The translations under genes and the position numbers were made by a program. Shown here one piece after another: positions 23,587 to 35,584 of a stretch of DNA of 38,962 nucleotides. Positions within the stretch are counted from its first letter, which is position 1. Each line of letters begins with the position of its first letter. Origin of the DNA: Octopus bimaculoides (taxonomy: Eukaryota); assembly GCF_001194135.2 (NCBI RefSeq), contig NC_068989.1:7288694-7327655 (forward strand), in the 5' to 3' direction. The notes beneath the pieces are model-generated. The model saw only the letters and a program-made list of their open reading frames with translations, had not been told where the DNA came from and did not search any database.

Positions 23587-23742
23587 AATTGATTTTATCA
23601 CCACAAATAGTCCGTTTCAGAGGATCCAACAAGGTTCAGCCTAAATTCTCTGATATCTGGGCAATTCAGTATGCCACTTTTGCTGAGGAAAAAGAAACTG
23701 GACATATATATAGTTGGGGTTTAAATAATTATGATCAGCTTG
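23587..23742 (+). CDS. RCC1: RCC1 exon 7 (ELILSPQIVRFRGS...GHIYSWGLNNYDQL)
   Basis: ttgttgtag| acceptor, G|GTAAGT donor, 156 nt, phase 1-1; YSWGLNNYxQLG motif. Confidence 0.94.
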
Positions 23743-24925
23743 GTAAGTACTGACTATTATTATTATTATTTTTATGTATTTCTAATTTAGTACTTTTGTG
23801 GTAAACTTTCAGCCAACCAAATTCACAATTTTCTGATTGGAGTAATTTCCCTTGTATTGCTTTATTAATGGTATCAACATCATGTTATTCTCTTAAGAAG
23901 AAATCGACAAATATAGTTTTTAAAAATCACCATGGAAACCTGATCAACAAAATGCTTTTTTAAGACATTGGAGACTGATGTGGTTTATGTTGGTCTTCAT
24001 CAGGTACCGGGAGAACAAGGTTAAGTTGGAAGTGTGTGGTGGGGAATGAGGAAGGTCGGGGTGATGAGAGGAATGTGTCAAATGGATTTGAGTGGAAGAG
24101 ACTATACAACTGAGTCATTCTAAGGAGTAGAAACCAAATTACATATTATTTAAGATTAACCTGGTTTTTAAGAAAGGGAAAAAATCGCTAAGCACAGACT
24201 TGCTGTTTGGTGAGAAATTTCTTTCCAACCATATGATTCCCAATTCAGTTCCATTGCACAAAAGCGCTGGAGTCATTGAAATGCTAAAGGATTAACGGTT
24301 GGCTGAGGTGTGGTATTTGGTACAATTGAACATTTCATAATTCTTAATGACTGCTTTCTCGATCAATTGTGAAGTGGGAAGTGATGGCTATCATAAGCTG
24401 TACTGAATGATATTAAGAGAAATATGCCTGACTGTGTAGAGTATGTGTTTGATGGACTAATGCATACGTTGGTTTAGAGAGTGGAATCGGCTCTGTGCAA
24501 GGCCTTCCTGAACTTTAAAAAAGCTTCGGAGGCCGAAATAAGATAAAACGCTCAATGAAAAATTCCATGATGGAATGAAGGCATGGGTGGAGGTAACTCT
24601 CCAAACACCTGTTGCAAGAGGTGCTCATTGTTGTCACATGCTTTGAAAAGTTACATCTGTATTCCTTTGAAACAACAATCAAACAATGGCATTGCTCAAA
24701 ATCAAACTCCAAGCATCATATATATATGTAACCACACATGGATTATTGCTGTTTCTTCTTTCTTTCTCTTTGGATTTTCCTCTTTCCAACCAAGAGCTAT
24801 GTGCTCAAAACATTAACAACTAACAACTCTCTCCTTTCACCGATTATCAAATATATTGTTTGTGCATGGCCTCAAATTCGTTTTTCGTTGGGTTTTTTTT
24901 TTCTTTGAATTAACTATATATATTC

Positions 24926-25222
24926 CGAGTGTTGGGCCTCACAGAGGCAATGACCAAGACCTTTGGCATGATGTCATGCTTGAGAAAAAGATCCATCAAG
25001 CCAAGCAAAATCACAGTCGTGGAAGATACCTGTGTCACACAAATGGCACGTAAAAGCACCCATTACACTCTCAGAGTAGATGGTGTTAGGAAGGGCATCC
25101 AGCTGTAGAAACTTTGCCAGATCAGGTGGAGCCTGGTGCAGCCTTCTGGCTCACCAGTCCTCAGTCAAACCGTCTGATCCATGCCAGCATGGAAAGCAAA
25201 CGTTAAACGATGATGATGATGA
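24926..25222 (+). mobile_element. Non-LTR repeat family 3 (SINE or LINE 3' end) with (GAT)n tail
   Basis: gttgggcctcacagaggcaatgacc...aagggcatccagctgtagaa...ccatgccagcatggaaa...(gat)n; copies at about 12210-12530(+), 19370-19570(-), 21120-21400(-), 21985-22310(-), 25730-25880(+), 25910-26060(-), 26790-26990(+), 28290-28430(+). Confidence 0.85.
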
Positions 25223-25587
25223 ATGCCTTAGCAACCAAATTGTTTGTAGTTCAAAATGACGTGACCTCTCCTAAATGCATCCATTACATCAGACAGATGC
25301 AGTGTTGCCAGGAAAAAAAATCTTTTTAAATAATTTTATTCATGTCTAATGAGTCCCGATTCGCCTCAAAAATTTTATTTTTACTCCCAGTTGGGGGTAA
25401 TTTACCCCGGTTTGCCAACTCCTACCCTAATCACTAGACCATATATATGTCCATCCTTTACAAGTTTTGAACTTGTGGTAAATACATGTGTGTGCTTTGA
25501 CAGACATAACTATCTTCTGTCAATGTTTGGTTGTTTTTGTTAAAATGCTTCTGAATTCATTTTTGGTTTTCTTCTTTGCCTTTGTAG

Positions 25588-25701
25588 GTTTCAGGGATAT
25601 GGAAGACAGATTCGTTCCACAAAAAGTCCTCAGTTTTAGTAACCAAACTTGGTTGGATATAGGAGGTGGCATGCATCATACAGTAGCACTTAGCAGTGAT
25701 G
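25588..25701 (+). CDS. RCC1: RCC1 exon 8 (GFRDMEDRFVPQKVLSFSNQTWLDIGGGMHHTVALSSD)
   Basis: ctttgtag| acceptor, G|GTAAGT donor, phase 1-1; GGGxHHTV motif. Confidence 0.95.
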
Positions 25702-26379
25702 GTAAGTCAGATGTATTTTTACTTCTCCAGCCTGTAAGGGTTGGGTTTAGGAAGGGCATCCAGCTGTAAAAACCCTGCCAAAACAGACAGTGATGCCTGG
25801 TACAGTCATCTGCCTAGCTAGCCCCTGTCAAACCATCCAACCCTTGCCAGCATGGAAAACGGTCTCTAAATGATGATGGCTAGTTTTATTTTCATTGTTA
25901 TTGTGAAGGAAGGCATGGCTTGAATTGTTTGACAGGAGCCAATAATCCAGAGGACTGCATCAAGCTCCAATGTCTGCTGTGATTTGGTCTCTACTACTGG
26001 CTGCCCTTCCTAATGTCGACCACTTCATAGAGCATAGTGGGTGCTTTTTACATGGCACTAATGAGGTCACTGACTAATTTACAAGTCAAGACCCCCCTTC
26101 AGGTGAGTGGAGTAGAGTGTAGTATTGAGGGAGATGGCTTTGTGCCAGGTGATGAGAGATTAAAGTATAATGGAGGACATTGTTATTAGCAAAAATATAA
26201 GCATCAAAGCTTCATACGACATTTTGTTTTTAATCTCTTTATTATTTTCATTTTATTTCTTCTCTGCCTCACCCTGTACAACCTTAGCCTTTCTCAAATT
26301 TCCTTTCCTAAACTGTATTTGTGTCAGTCAAAATGCCTAACTCTTGTTTACTAAAATCTTACCTTTGTTCTAATTCCAG

Positions 26380-26535
26380 GTAAAGTGTATGTTTTGGGGC
26401 GTGGGGATTACGGACGTCTTGGCTTAGGAGAGTCTGTCACTCTGGTAAAACAGCCTACATGCGTTGAGGCATTGAAAGATAAAGTTATCAAGATTTCAGC
26501 TGCTGGTTCTGTTTCCTATGGAGTTACATCAGGTG
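26380..26535 (+). CDS. RCC1: RCC1 exon 9 (GKVYVLGRGDYGRLGLGE...ISAAGSVSYGVTSG)
   Basis: aattccag| acceptor, G|GTATGT donor, phase 1-1; GRxxYGRLGLG motif. Confidence 0.96.
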
Positions 26536-27450
26536 GTATGTTGACCCTTAGCAATATCTTCTCTTACTGCCACTTTTTTTTTTTTTTTTTACTTGTCAGT
26601 CATTGGACTGCGGCCATGCTGGGGCACCACCTTAACGGATTCAGTCAAACTGCTAAGTTACAGGAGTGGTGACACTGATTGATAGGTGGGGGACAAACAC
26701 AATCTCACACACACCAATAATACCTCTTCTCCATCTACCCTTGCACCAGTTGAGGGGTTTTGTCTTGCAAGTTCTTTGGCAACCTCACTATTGCTGGTGC
26801 CACATAAAAATCAACCCATGGTTGGTGTTAGGAAGGGCATCCAGGCATGAAAGACATGCCAAAGCAGGCAGCAGAGCTTGGTGCAGTTTTTCTGACCTGA
26901 CAGTTCCTGTCAAACTGTCCAAACCATAAGGTCTTGCTAAACCATATAGCCCATGTCTGAAAGAAATTGGATGTGAAATTATGATGATGATGTGTTAAAG
27001 GCCTAGGTGTGGTTGTTGTGCCCAAGAACTTCACTTCACAACCATATGTGTGTGTCTCCATTCTGTGCCAAAAGTAGTTCCCCAAACTGGCTAAATGTCC
27101 AGCCAACTGTGAAACCGTCACTGTCCAAACAACTGCGCCTAATCATCTCATTGTGTAAAATCAGTGGAATTTGATAAAAATCACTTACTTGAAAGACAGT
27201 TAAGAGTTGGTGACAGGGAAATCACCCAGCTGTAATAATATGTGCACTTGCATGCACATTTCAATGAATTTGATGTAGACTATTGTTGTTTCAATTCAGT
27301 TGTCTTTCAAACTAATTCATATTGCAGTCAACGATGTACTTTCAATGAATGCACCACAATCTGTTGATTGCAAAGCCAACATCTCTCTCTCTCTCTCTCT
27401 CTCTTTAATTTTTCTAATGCAAAGTTCCCTCTGTTTTTGTCTTTTTACAG

Positions 27451-27556
27451 GTAAATTATACGCTTGGGGCATGGGTACAAACAATCAATTGGCGAGTGGA
27501 AACGACGACGATGCTTGGATTCCAAAGCAGATGGGTGGCAAACAGCTAGCAGAAAG
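27451..27556 (+). CDS. RCC1: RCC1 exon 10 ([35 protein letters not shown])
   Basis: tttttacag| acceptor, AG|GTCAGT donor, phase 1-2; AWGMGTNxQL and MxGKQL motifs. Confidence 0.96.
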
Positions 27557-29083
27557 GTCAGTACATTACATAACGACATCATCCGACTGTGACACATTGT
27601 CTGTTTTTTTGGTCTGGTGGACACCAAATTATTATTCTTAACATACTTGTTAAATTAAGAAGTATAGGTAGTAGTGACTTGGCAGGTATTTTTGATTGGT
27701 TTTGTAATGTAGTAGTTTGGTGCTTTCTATGTTAAATTGGGACAAAATTTAACACACACACACACACACAGGTGGAAAATACTGCTGTTAAAACATCCAA
27801 TATTAATGGTTTTTAAGGCAACAAGCCAGCAGAATCTTTAGAACAGTAAGTAAAATACATAGCAGTGTTTCATTCGTCTTTATGTTCTGAGTTCAAATTC
27901 TTCCAAGGTCGACTTTGCCTTTCATCCTTTTAGGTCAATAAAATAAGTACCAGTTGCATACTGGGGTCAGTGCAATTGACTTACACTCCTCCCCAAACTT
28001 GCTGGCTTTGCACCAAACTTTGAGAACAATATCAATAGTTTCTGATTGAGACATGAAGCCAAGAATTTGATGGAAGAGGTTTGCCAACTCCATTGATCCC
28101 AGCTTTCGACTGATCCTTATTTTTACTTTAGCAGTCCCAAAAGAATCAATGTTAGCCATAACAAGATTTGAAACCGAAATGTAAAGAACTGGAACAAATA
28201 CCTCAAGACATTTTGTCTGGCACTCTGATATTTCTGCCCCTCCCCTGCCCTGGTGACATTTAAAAGTTTCATGTTCCATGCATTCAGACATTCTAACAAG
28301 TAGTTTTACCACCACATAAAAAGTACCCGGTACACAGTGTGAAGTGGTTGGCATTTGGAAGGGTATCCAGCCATAGAAACCATGCCAAAATAGACAGTAG
28401 GAGTCTGGTGCAGCTTGCCAAAGTATAGATGCTGGTGGACATATAATTTGTCGACTGGACATTTGACCGATTGGACAATTTGCCGAAAGGACAATGTCGA
28501 CATTTTTTTAAAAACAATGAAAATTATGCAGAAGTTTTATTAGACTTACTTACAAATAAAAGCTATTTATTTATAAAAGGATATTAAGGACAATTGTCTG
28601 CACACGATAGATGCTGTGTCCTACTCCCACCAGTCTGTGGTGCCTGAGGTATATAAAGCCAAGTCGTAGCGCCTGATGTAGATTGAGATTAGCCTTGATG
28701 TCTGAGATGCATAGAGTCTGGGCCACTAGGGTATATAGAGGTAGGTCATGGTAGCTTGATATCAACTCTGATGCTTGCAGGAGATTGGCCAGTAGGTTTT
28801 ATTATTATTATTACCTCTCTTAACGAGGTATGAGATTTTGAAATTAATAGACTGTGGTGTAACTAGTGAGTCACCCAGAATAACCTTTGAGTTTACCTGT
28901 TCCCCTCTCCCCCCATGCATGCAAAAAAATGCAATATGTTGCAGTGGTTCCCACGAGTGACCCCTCTTTTAAAAGCAGGCCCAAAAGTACCACCCAGAAC
29001 AAGCTGTCTACTACTCCCACCCCTCCAACCTACTGTTAAGGGTAATGACTTGTTTAACTTTTTCTTGTTTTTTCTCTTTGCAG

Positions 29084-29144
29084 GAAAGGAATAGCCATTT
29101 CAGGTGGAGGACAACATTGTGTGATGCTCTGTAAACCATCCTAA
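29084..29144 (+). CDS. RCC1: RCC1 terminal coding exon (RKGIAISGGGQHCVMLCKPS*)
   Basis: tctttgcag| acceptor, phase 2; SGGGQH matches the C-terminal RCC1 strand; TAA at 29142-29144. Assembled CDS is 452 aa from 17380, or 414 aa from 18975. Confidence 0.93.
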
Positions 29145-29464
29145 CCAAATATATTTTTTTAANNNNNNNNNNNNNNNNNNNNNNNNNNNNNNNNNNNNNN
29201 NNNNNNNNNNNNNNNNNNNNNNNNNNNNNNNNNNNNNNNNNNNNNNNNNNNNNNNNNNNNNNNNNNNNNNNNNNNNNNNNNNNNNNNNNNNNNNNNNNNN
29301 NNNNNNNNNNNNNNNNNNNNNNNNNNNNNNNNNNNNNNNNNNNNNNNNNNNNNNNNNNNNNNNNNNNNCACTGCACTGATTAAAACTTTTGTTACCATAT
29401 TTTTGTTGAAATATACTTAATTTGTTTCAATTAGAATTTGAAAATAATGAAGTATTTAGTACAG

Positions 29465-29803
29465 TAACTTTGACCATCATCAGTAACAGATGGGCATCCA
29501 CTACGCTCACGATATTCAAGGCTCAGGTCTCCACTGTGAAATCGTTTAAACCATTTTTGAACTGACCACTCACTGGTCATTTCCTCACCAAACGTTTCAT
29601 TGATATCGCGTGCAGTTTCAGCTGCTTTACGTCCTTTTTTGAAGTTGAATAGCAAAATTGCTCGAATATTGTGCTTTGACAGTTCCATTTCAGATGATTT
29701 TAACAACGGTTTAAAAAAATATCAATGTTAATTTATTAATGCATTTGAACAAGTCTGTCTGTTCATGGTTCAAAACGTTGCTTACTTTATACTCAACCTG
29801 ATA
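29465..29803 (-). mobile_element. Truncated mariner transposon: left TIR plus N-terminal HTH of the transposase
   Basis: TA|TCAGGTTGAGTATAAAGTAAGCAACG TIR at 29801; ATG at 29688 gives MELSKHNIRAILLFNFKKGRKAAETARDINETFGE...VQKWFKRFHSGDLSLE..RSGCP, the mariner (Mos1/Hsmar1-like) DNA-binding domain; the catalytic DDD domain is missing. Confidence 0.9.
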
Positions 29804-29804
29804 G

Positions 29805-30150
29805 CATCTTACACTGGACAAGAACTGCAGAATCTTAAAGCTTTTGGCTCGGAAATGAATTTGAAGAAAACCGAAGTTATGCTACAGGTTTGTCCTTGGA
29901 AAAGCATAAATGAAACCAAAGATATTAGTAGGAGAGGAAGAATTAAATATGGTGTATATACCGTCATGGTAATCTTGAAGCTCCTTTGTAGTTCAGGTTT
30001 GGCTCCATTGGGAAGATGGTTCTCTTCACATATGGCCTGAAGGTGAACCTTGCTGATGTTGAAATATTTGATTGGCAAATGTTCTGAAGCATGTTACAAG
30101 CATTTCCGGCTTGGTCCCTTGCAGGTAAAAAGGACCCTTCTGATAAGAAC
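29805..30150 (+). mobile_element. Degenerate LINE (RTE/CR1-like) reverse-transcriptase C-terminal fragment
   Basis: YTGQELQNL..AFGSEMNLKKTEVMLQ and VYTVMVILKLLCSSG resemble the LQ...FGLxINLKKTEVM and VYxAVVxxxLLYGSE motifs, with internal deletions. Confidence 0.5.
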
Positions 30151-32639
30151 CTACCTCTGATTAATGGTGCCTTGTTTTAAAGAATTCATTAAGAACTTGT
30201 GTGTGGTTTCAAGTTTAGGCTCAGGAACAACATTTTTGGGGGGCTGGGGTTAGGGAAGAGGAAGTCGATTACATTTCTTCCAGTACTTGATTGGTATTTA
30301 TTTTACTGGCCCCAAAAGGGATGAAAAGCAAAGTCAGCTTTTGCAGAATTTGAACTCAGGACGTAAAACTAGAAGAAATACCGCGAAGCATTTTGTCTGT
30401 GTTAACGATTCTGCCAGCTCACCGCCTTAAAAAAAGAAAGAAAAAGCTTTATAATAATAGAATATTATTGCATTAAGTCTCATCAAACATTTGGTGTGTT
30501 AAAAATTTATTGAAGCATACAGGCTGAGTATTTCGTTTGAGGGCAGTGAGCTGGCAGAGACGTTAGCACGCCAGGTGAAATGTTTAGTGGTAGTTCATCT
30601 GTCACTATGTTCTGAGTTCAAATTCCACCGAGATCAACTTTGCCTTTCATTCTTTCGGAGTTGATAAATTAAGTACCAGTTGCATACTGGGTCGATCTAA
30701 TCGACTGGTCCCCTCCCCAAAAATTTTGGGCTTTGTGCATTGAGTGGAAAAGTGTATTTCGTGTGAGAAATGCTTACAGAATGTTTAGTAAAGTAGTGAA
30801 ATTTGTGCAGTTTGGACTCAATTCATTGGTGGACAATACCTTAAACTTTGACCATTTAAGTAAGATGTGTAAAAACATATTTTGCAGTTTAAAATTTGCC
30901 AGAAGACAGCATTATCAATTACTTATCATTTTACGTCGCATTTCCAGGCTGGCATGGGTTAGACGGATCATCACATTTCTAATCAGTTCTTATTCAGAGC
31001 TGCTACTATTACCACCACCACTACTACTACTGCAATTAGCATGACCTCTGCCACCACCAGCTACTTCCACTGTTATCTTGACTATTAAATAGGCGATTAT
31101 TCCTGGTTGCTCTCCAGAAAATGCTTGTTGATCATGTTAATTCATGCCAGAATTCCAAGATAACACACATCCACACACACACCTATTTACATAACCTTGG
31201 ATGCTCCAGTGGCGATGTCATATGACAATTTCAGAGTTATTTTATCTTTACATCAATTCGTAAGCTTTAAGGCCACCAATTTGGAAAATCTAACATCAAA
31301 ACGGTAACGTAAATCTCCAAACGATAGCCATAAATATGATTGTAATAATAGTAACTGTGATGGTGGTGGTGGTGAGTATGGTAACGATGTTTCTAACGTA
31401 GGTAGAGGGACAACCAGAACTTTCAGAAGAAAACAACCGATTTATCGATCCCAGTGAGTGCTTGAATTCGTTCTTTATTTTATCGACTTTGGAAAGATAA
31501 AAGGCAAAGTTGACCCCAGACGGTATAAAAAAAAATAAAGAATACTGCACAAAGCTTTACGTTTGAACCTCTATCGATTTTGCTTGTCTTAGTCTTAGAT
31601 TTATTATTTGCCACAAGGGCGACTGATAATATTTTCTACTCTGGGCAAAAGGCCCGAAATTTTTGGGGAGGTGGCCAGTCGATTAGATCAACTCCAGTAC
31701 GCATAATTATTGGACAAACAAAAGCTACCTGCCCTTCCAAATCAAATGAAAGTGATGGTGTGAGCCACGTGATGGACTCAGCCGATTATTGGATCCGTCC
31801 TACGCGCGATAATAGTTGCTCAACATAACTCCACAGAGGCGCAGCTGTGGCTCTATGGTAAGAAGTTTACTTACCAACCATCTGGTTTTGGGTTCAGCTC
31901 CGATGCATGTGTCTTCTACTATAGCCCCGGGTCAACCAAAGAGTTGTGAATGTATTTGTTCTCGCTCATACGAAATTACTCACGTGCCTACATATCGTGA
32001 GTCTGAGAATCTCTTCTGCAGTCGGACACCATCGAAGACGTCGTCATAGAATGCATTAAGGACAAATCAGTATGTTAAATAGGTGGTTGGTTTGAGTCCT
32101 TTCCAGTGAGATTCATCATGAATCAGATTAACACGATGAAAAGTATAAAAAAATATATCAATCTGAGAGAGAAAGAGAGACTGACACTGGTAAATAGACA
32201 GGTAAGACGTCAATGAGGATAGATAAAAGACGTCTACGACCATTGACAAGGTGTTTGCAGACCCGGTACTCGAAATCCATTGACAGTTTCAGATCTATTG
32301 GAGCAACGGGATATGCTCCTATCTCTGGAGTATGGCTGAATTTGGGTTCTTGGGGAGAGAGCAAAACTCCTTAATTTATACACTACAAATGATTCCTATA
32401 TGTAGGACAATAAAAATCTGCAAGATCTTAAGGTTTAGAAAATGATGACCAAAACAAAATGCTTTCCTTTACAACCTCGCTGCTGAGCAGGTACCGGTCA
32501 AAATTAATTTCAAGTTAAAAAGAGAAAAAGAATACACACACACACACACGCATACATACACATACATACATACGCATATACTTACATATGTATGCACTAC
32601 GTATGTACATACGCATGTGCATACATACAAGCAAAAATC

Positions 32640-32750
32640 CCGTTGTTGATGTTGAAATTCCAATGAAGGAGCCTTGAATCTAGGTTAGAAACCAGTTCTT
32701 TCTCTATTGGCGAGAAATCTTCAAATAAAACTGAATAACAACATACATAT
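32640..32750 (+). mobile_element. Repeat family 4 3' end (second copy at about 33375-33470)
   Basis: gaaggagccttgaatctaggttagaaaccagttctttctc...aaataaaa followed by a (ACAT)n/(ACAG)n tail occurs twice. Confidence 0.65.
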
Positions 32751-33977
32751 ATACATAAATGCACAGTCATTGCCCCCCCATCTTTACAGATTATTGCCGT
32801 CACCATTGTTGTTCTCGTTGTCAATGGCATTTCGCACTTGCTGCCCATGACCTTTCAGATGACNNNNNNNNNNNNNNNNNNNNNNNNNNNNNNNNNNNNN
32901 NNNNNNNNNNNNNNNNNNNNNNNNNNNNNNNNNNNNNNNNNNNNNNNNNNNNNNNNNNNNNNNNNNNNNNNNNNNNNNNNNNNNNNNNNNNNNNNNNNNN
33001 NNNNNNNNNNNNNNNNNNNNNNNNNNNNNNNNNNNNNNNNNNNNNNNNNNNNNNNNNNNNNNNNNNNNNNNNNNNNNNNNNNNNNNNNNNNNNNNNNNNN
33101 NNNNNNNNNNNNNNNNNNNATATATATATACTATGAATCATTTGATATCTAATTTTATATAATTTGTATACAATAGGCACAGCAGTGGCGGTATGGTAAG
33201 TAGCTTGCTTACCAACCACATGGTTCTGGGTTCAGTCCCACTGCGTGGCACCTTGGGCAAGTGCCTTCTACTGTAGCCTCGGGCCGACCAAAGCCTCGTG
33301 AGTGGATTTGGTAGACGGAAACTGAAAGAAGCCCGTAATATATATATATATGTGTGTGTGTCTGTGTTTGTCCCCAATGAAAGGAACCTTGGGTCTAGGT
33401 TAGAAACTAGCTCTTTCTCCTTCGCAAATGATCTAGAAATAAAATTAAATAGCATACAGACAGATAGACAGAAGAACAAATGACTACACTGGGCTTTTTT
33501 TTTTTTAGGAAAAGAACTCTACTAGCTAACATACAAACTACAAATACAATCCGTAAATGGACAAGTAAAAATATGGAAGACTTTCTGAAGTGCGAAATAT
33601 GAATTTGTTTTTATCTATATTCCATCGGTGGAGCTTTGTAACTTAGTTAGAAATCAACTCTTTCCTTACAGGAAGACTTCAAATAGTTAGAAATAGAAGA
33701 GAACACACATACATACATGCATACATTCGTACATACATACATATAACGTGTGAAAGAAAGGAAGTGAAGATAACATTGAAGTAACGAAGAATAATAGTCT
33801 AGAAAGAAGGTGAGGAATGAAGAAAGACTAATATTAATGAAATGCAGCCTGAAGGTGAGGAATTCTGATGTATTTATTTATTCCTGTAGATTAGCACGCT
33901 TTGTGAACACGATCTCATCTCTGATCACACATATATATATACAGTTGTCCTCGTTGAGTTGCCATTCATTTGTAAAA

Positions 33978-34056
33978 ATGTTGTTCAGTCTGATGACTCC
34001 GTTTACGTTGTTCCTCGCCTTGTCGATGGGAATATCATCAAAAGCTGTTGAGCCAC
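33978..34056 (+). CDS. SRCR gene, signal-peptide exon (MLFSLMTPFTLFLALSMGISSKAVEP)
   Basis: AAAAATG start context, hydrophobic core, strong C|GTGAGT donor in phase 1 matching the SRCR exon acceptor at 35908. Confidence 0.72.
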
Positions 34057-34149
34057 GTGAGTGATGTTTTTATCCTTTTTTTTTTTAAATTCTTTCTACC
34101 CTTCTTGTTTCTTCGTCTTTTTAAATCTGAGGTCTATCATGACCCCTAA

Positions 34150-34340
34150 GATTCATAAGACCAGAGCTTAACTCGATTTCCGGGGCATATAAGGAACTGA
34201 CATTACAACACTCTCCTCTCTCTCTCTGAACGGGACGCCGGTTCGTCCCATGGTTAGCTTCCCAGTTATTGTTTGAACTCTTTTACACTGAGTGAACTGG
34301 AGTAACATGAAATGAAGTGTTTTGCTCCAAGAACACAATG
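34150..34340. mobile_element. Old SINE fragment with a conserved central-domain-like core (Nin/Deu-like)
   Basis: ctgaacgggacgccggttcgtcc...ttacactgagtgaactggag...gaagtgttttgctccaagaacacaa resembles my recollection of ancient metazoan SINE cores; not searched. Confidence 0.35.
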
Positions 34341-35533
34341 CATTGCGCCATTCAGAAAACAAAATCATGTTCTTATGATCGTGAGCGCAACACCCTAAAA
34401 CCACTACACCATATGCCTTCACTGATTTTAAATCGTTCTTCCATTATTTCTTTTTCGTTTTCCTTTTTCGACATCAAATACAAGCGCTTTCGTAAACCCA
34501 AAGCTAACTTTTGTAAAATTTGAAATTTATGAAAGATGGTGAACTGGCAGAATCATTGCAGTGCCGGAAAAAAAGCCTAGAGGCATTTCTTCCAACTTAA
34601 CATTCTGAATTCAAATACCCCCGGGGTTGACTTTGCCTTTCATTTTTGAAATAAGTACAAGCTGAATAGTGAAGTCAATGTAATTGTCTTATTCCCTACG
34701 CCCCAAATTGCTGGCCTTGTGCCAAAATTTGAAATCAATATTTCAAATTTATCTTATTTAGCAGAGAAACGCCGTATTTTTATTTAGATGGAATATCTCG
34801 CTATCTTAAACAATTTCCCCGGTAGATCGATACATATTCCCGGTAAGATGAATTGAGATGTAGAAAGTTGAATAAAGCGACCTAACTTTAGTGGATATGA
34901 ACGTGTGACGCCTTAAATTTGCTGCATGTATATGTACGTAACAGATGAAATGACTTGCTGATAACAACGTTTGATCATTTTCTTTCATTTATTTGAAAAG
35001 GGGATCTTTCCCGAAATATTATAAGATTATTAAGCAACTTATGTACGCTAATACAATAGGTTTATCTTTATTTTCACTTATTAACATCATCATACATGTT
35101 TTGATTAACTTCTCACCAGTATTGCTCATAGGTTCTGTTTCATGTTCCCTCGAATTTTATAAAATTTATTATGTCAAGTGTATGTGTGTGTTTTAGATTG
35201 ATAAGTAGGAAAATAAATATGTACCCTTATGAACTAAGCTTAGGTTTCCACAAGTTTTCAGCAGCCTTTCAAGTGCTTAGAACTCTCCTGGTAATCCTTG
35301 CTATCCCTAAGAGACAAACTTTCAGTAGGAGTTCTACCGGGAATTCTAGTCCAATCTCTTTCAGCCATTTGTCTTTTATCTTTGCTTACTGTTCCAAACG
35401 CACCAATTATTATAGACGCGACCTTTACAGTTCTCATACACCAAATTCCTTCTATTTCAAATTTTAAGGGATTGTTTTTTTTTTTTCGTCCTCTTTCTTT
35501 TCGATCCTGGAATCAAACGGGCATGATGGGTCG

Positions 35534-35583
<50 letters not shown>
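35534..35583. repeat. (ATT)n microsatellite; many other (GT)n, (AT)n, (CA)n, (CT)n, (TAAA)n and (TGG)n tracts occur across the window
   Basis: Read directly; e.g. (GT)n 455-478, (TAAA)n 6381-6410, (TGG)n-rich 9480-9660, (CA)n 36929-36971, (GT)n 37006-37040. Confidence 0.95.

Positions 35584-35584
<1 letters not shown>

Noticed and set aside
14000-29200. U17/SNORA73 snoRNA expected from the human SNHG3-RCC1 arrangement
   Set aside because: I did not find the conserved ATATTCCTA + AAACCAT + ACA motif set by eye; an Infernal scan would be needed to exclude it, and gaps could hide it
33-33479. Recurring ORFs such as ...ASFSFRLPNPLTRLWSARGYSRRHLPKVPRSG...
   Set aside because: Translations of SINE family 1 copies, not genes
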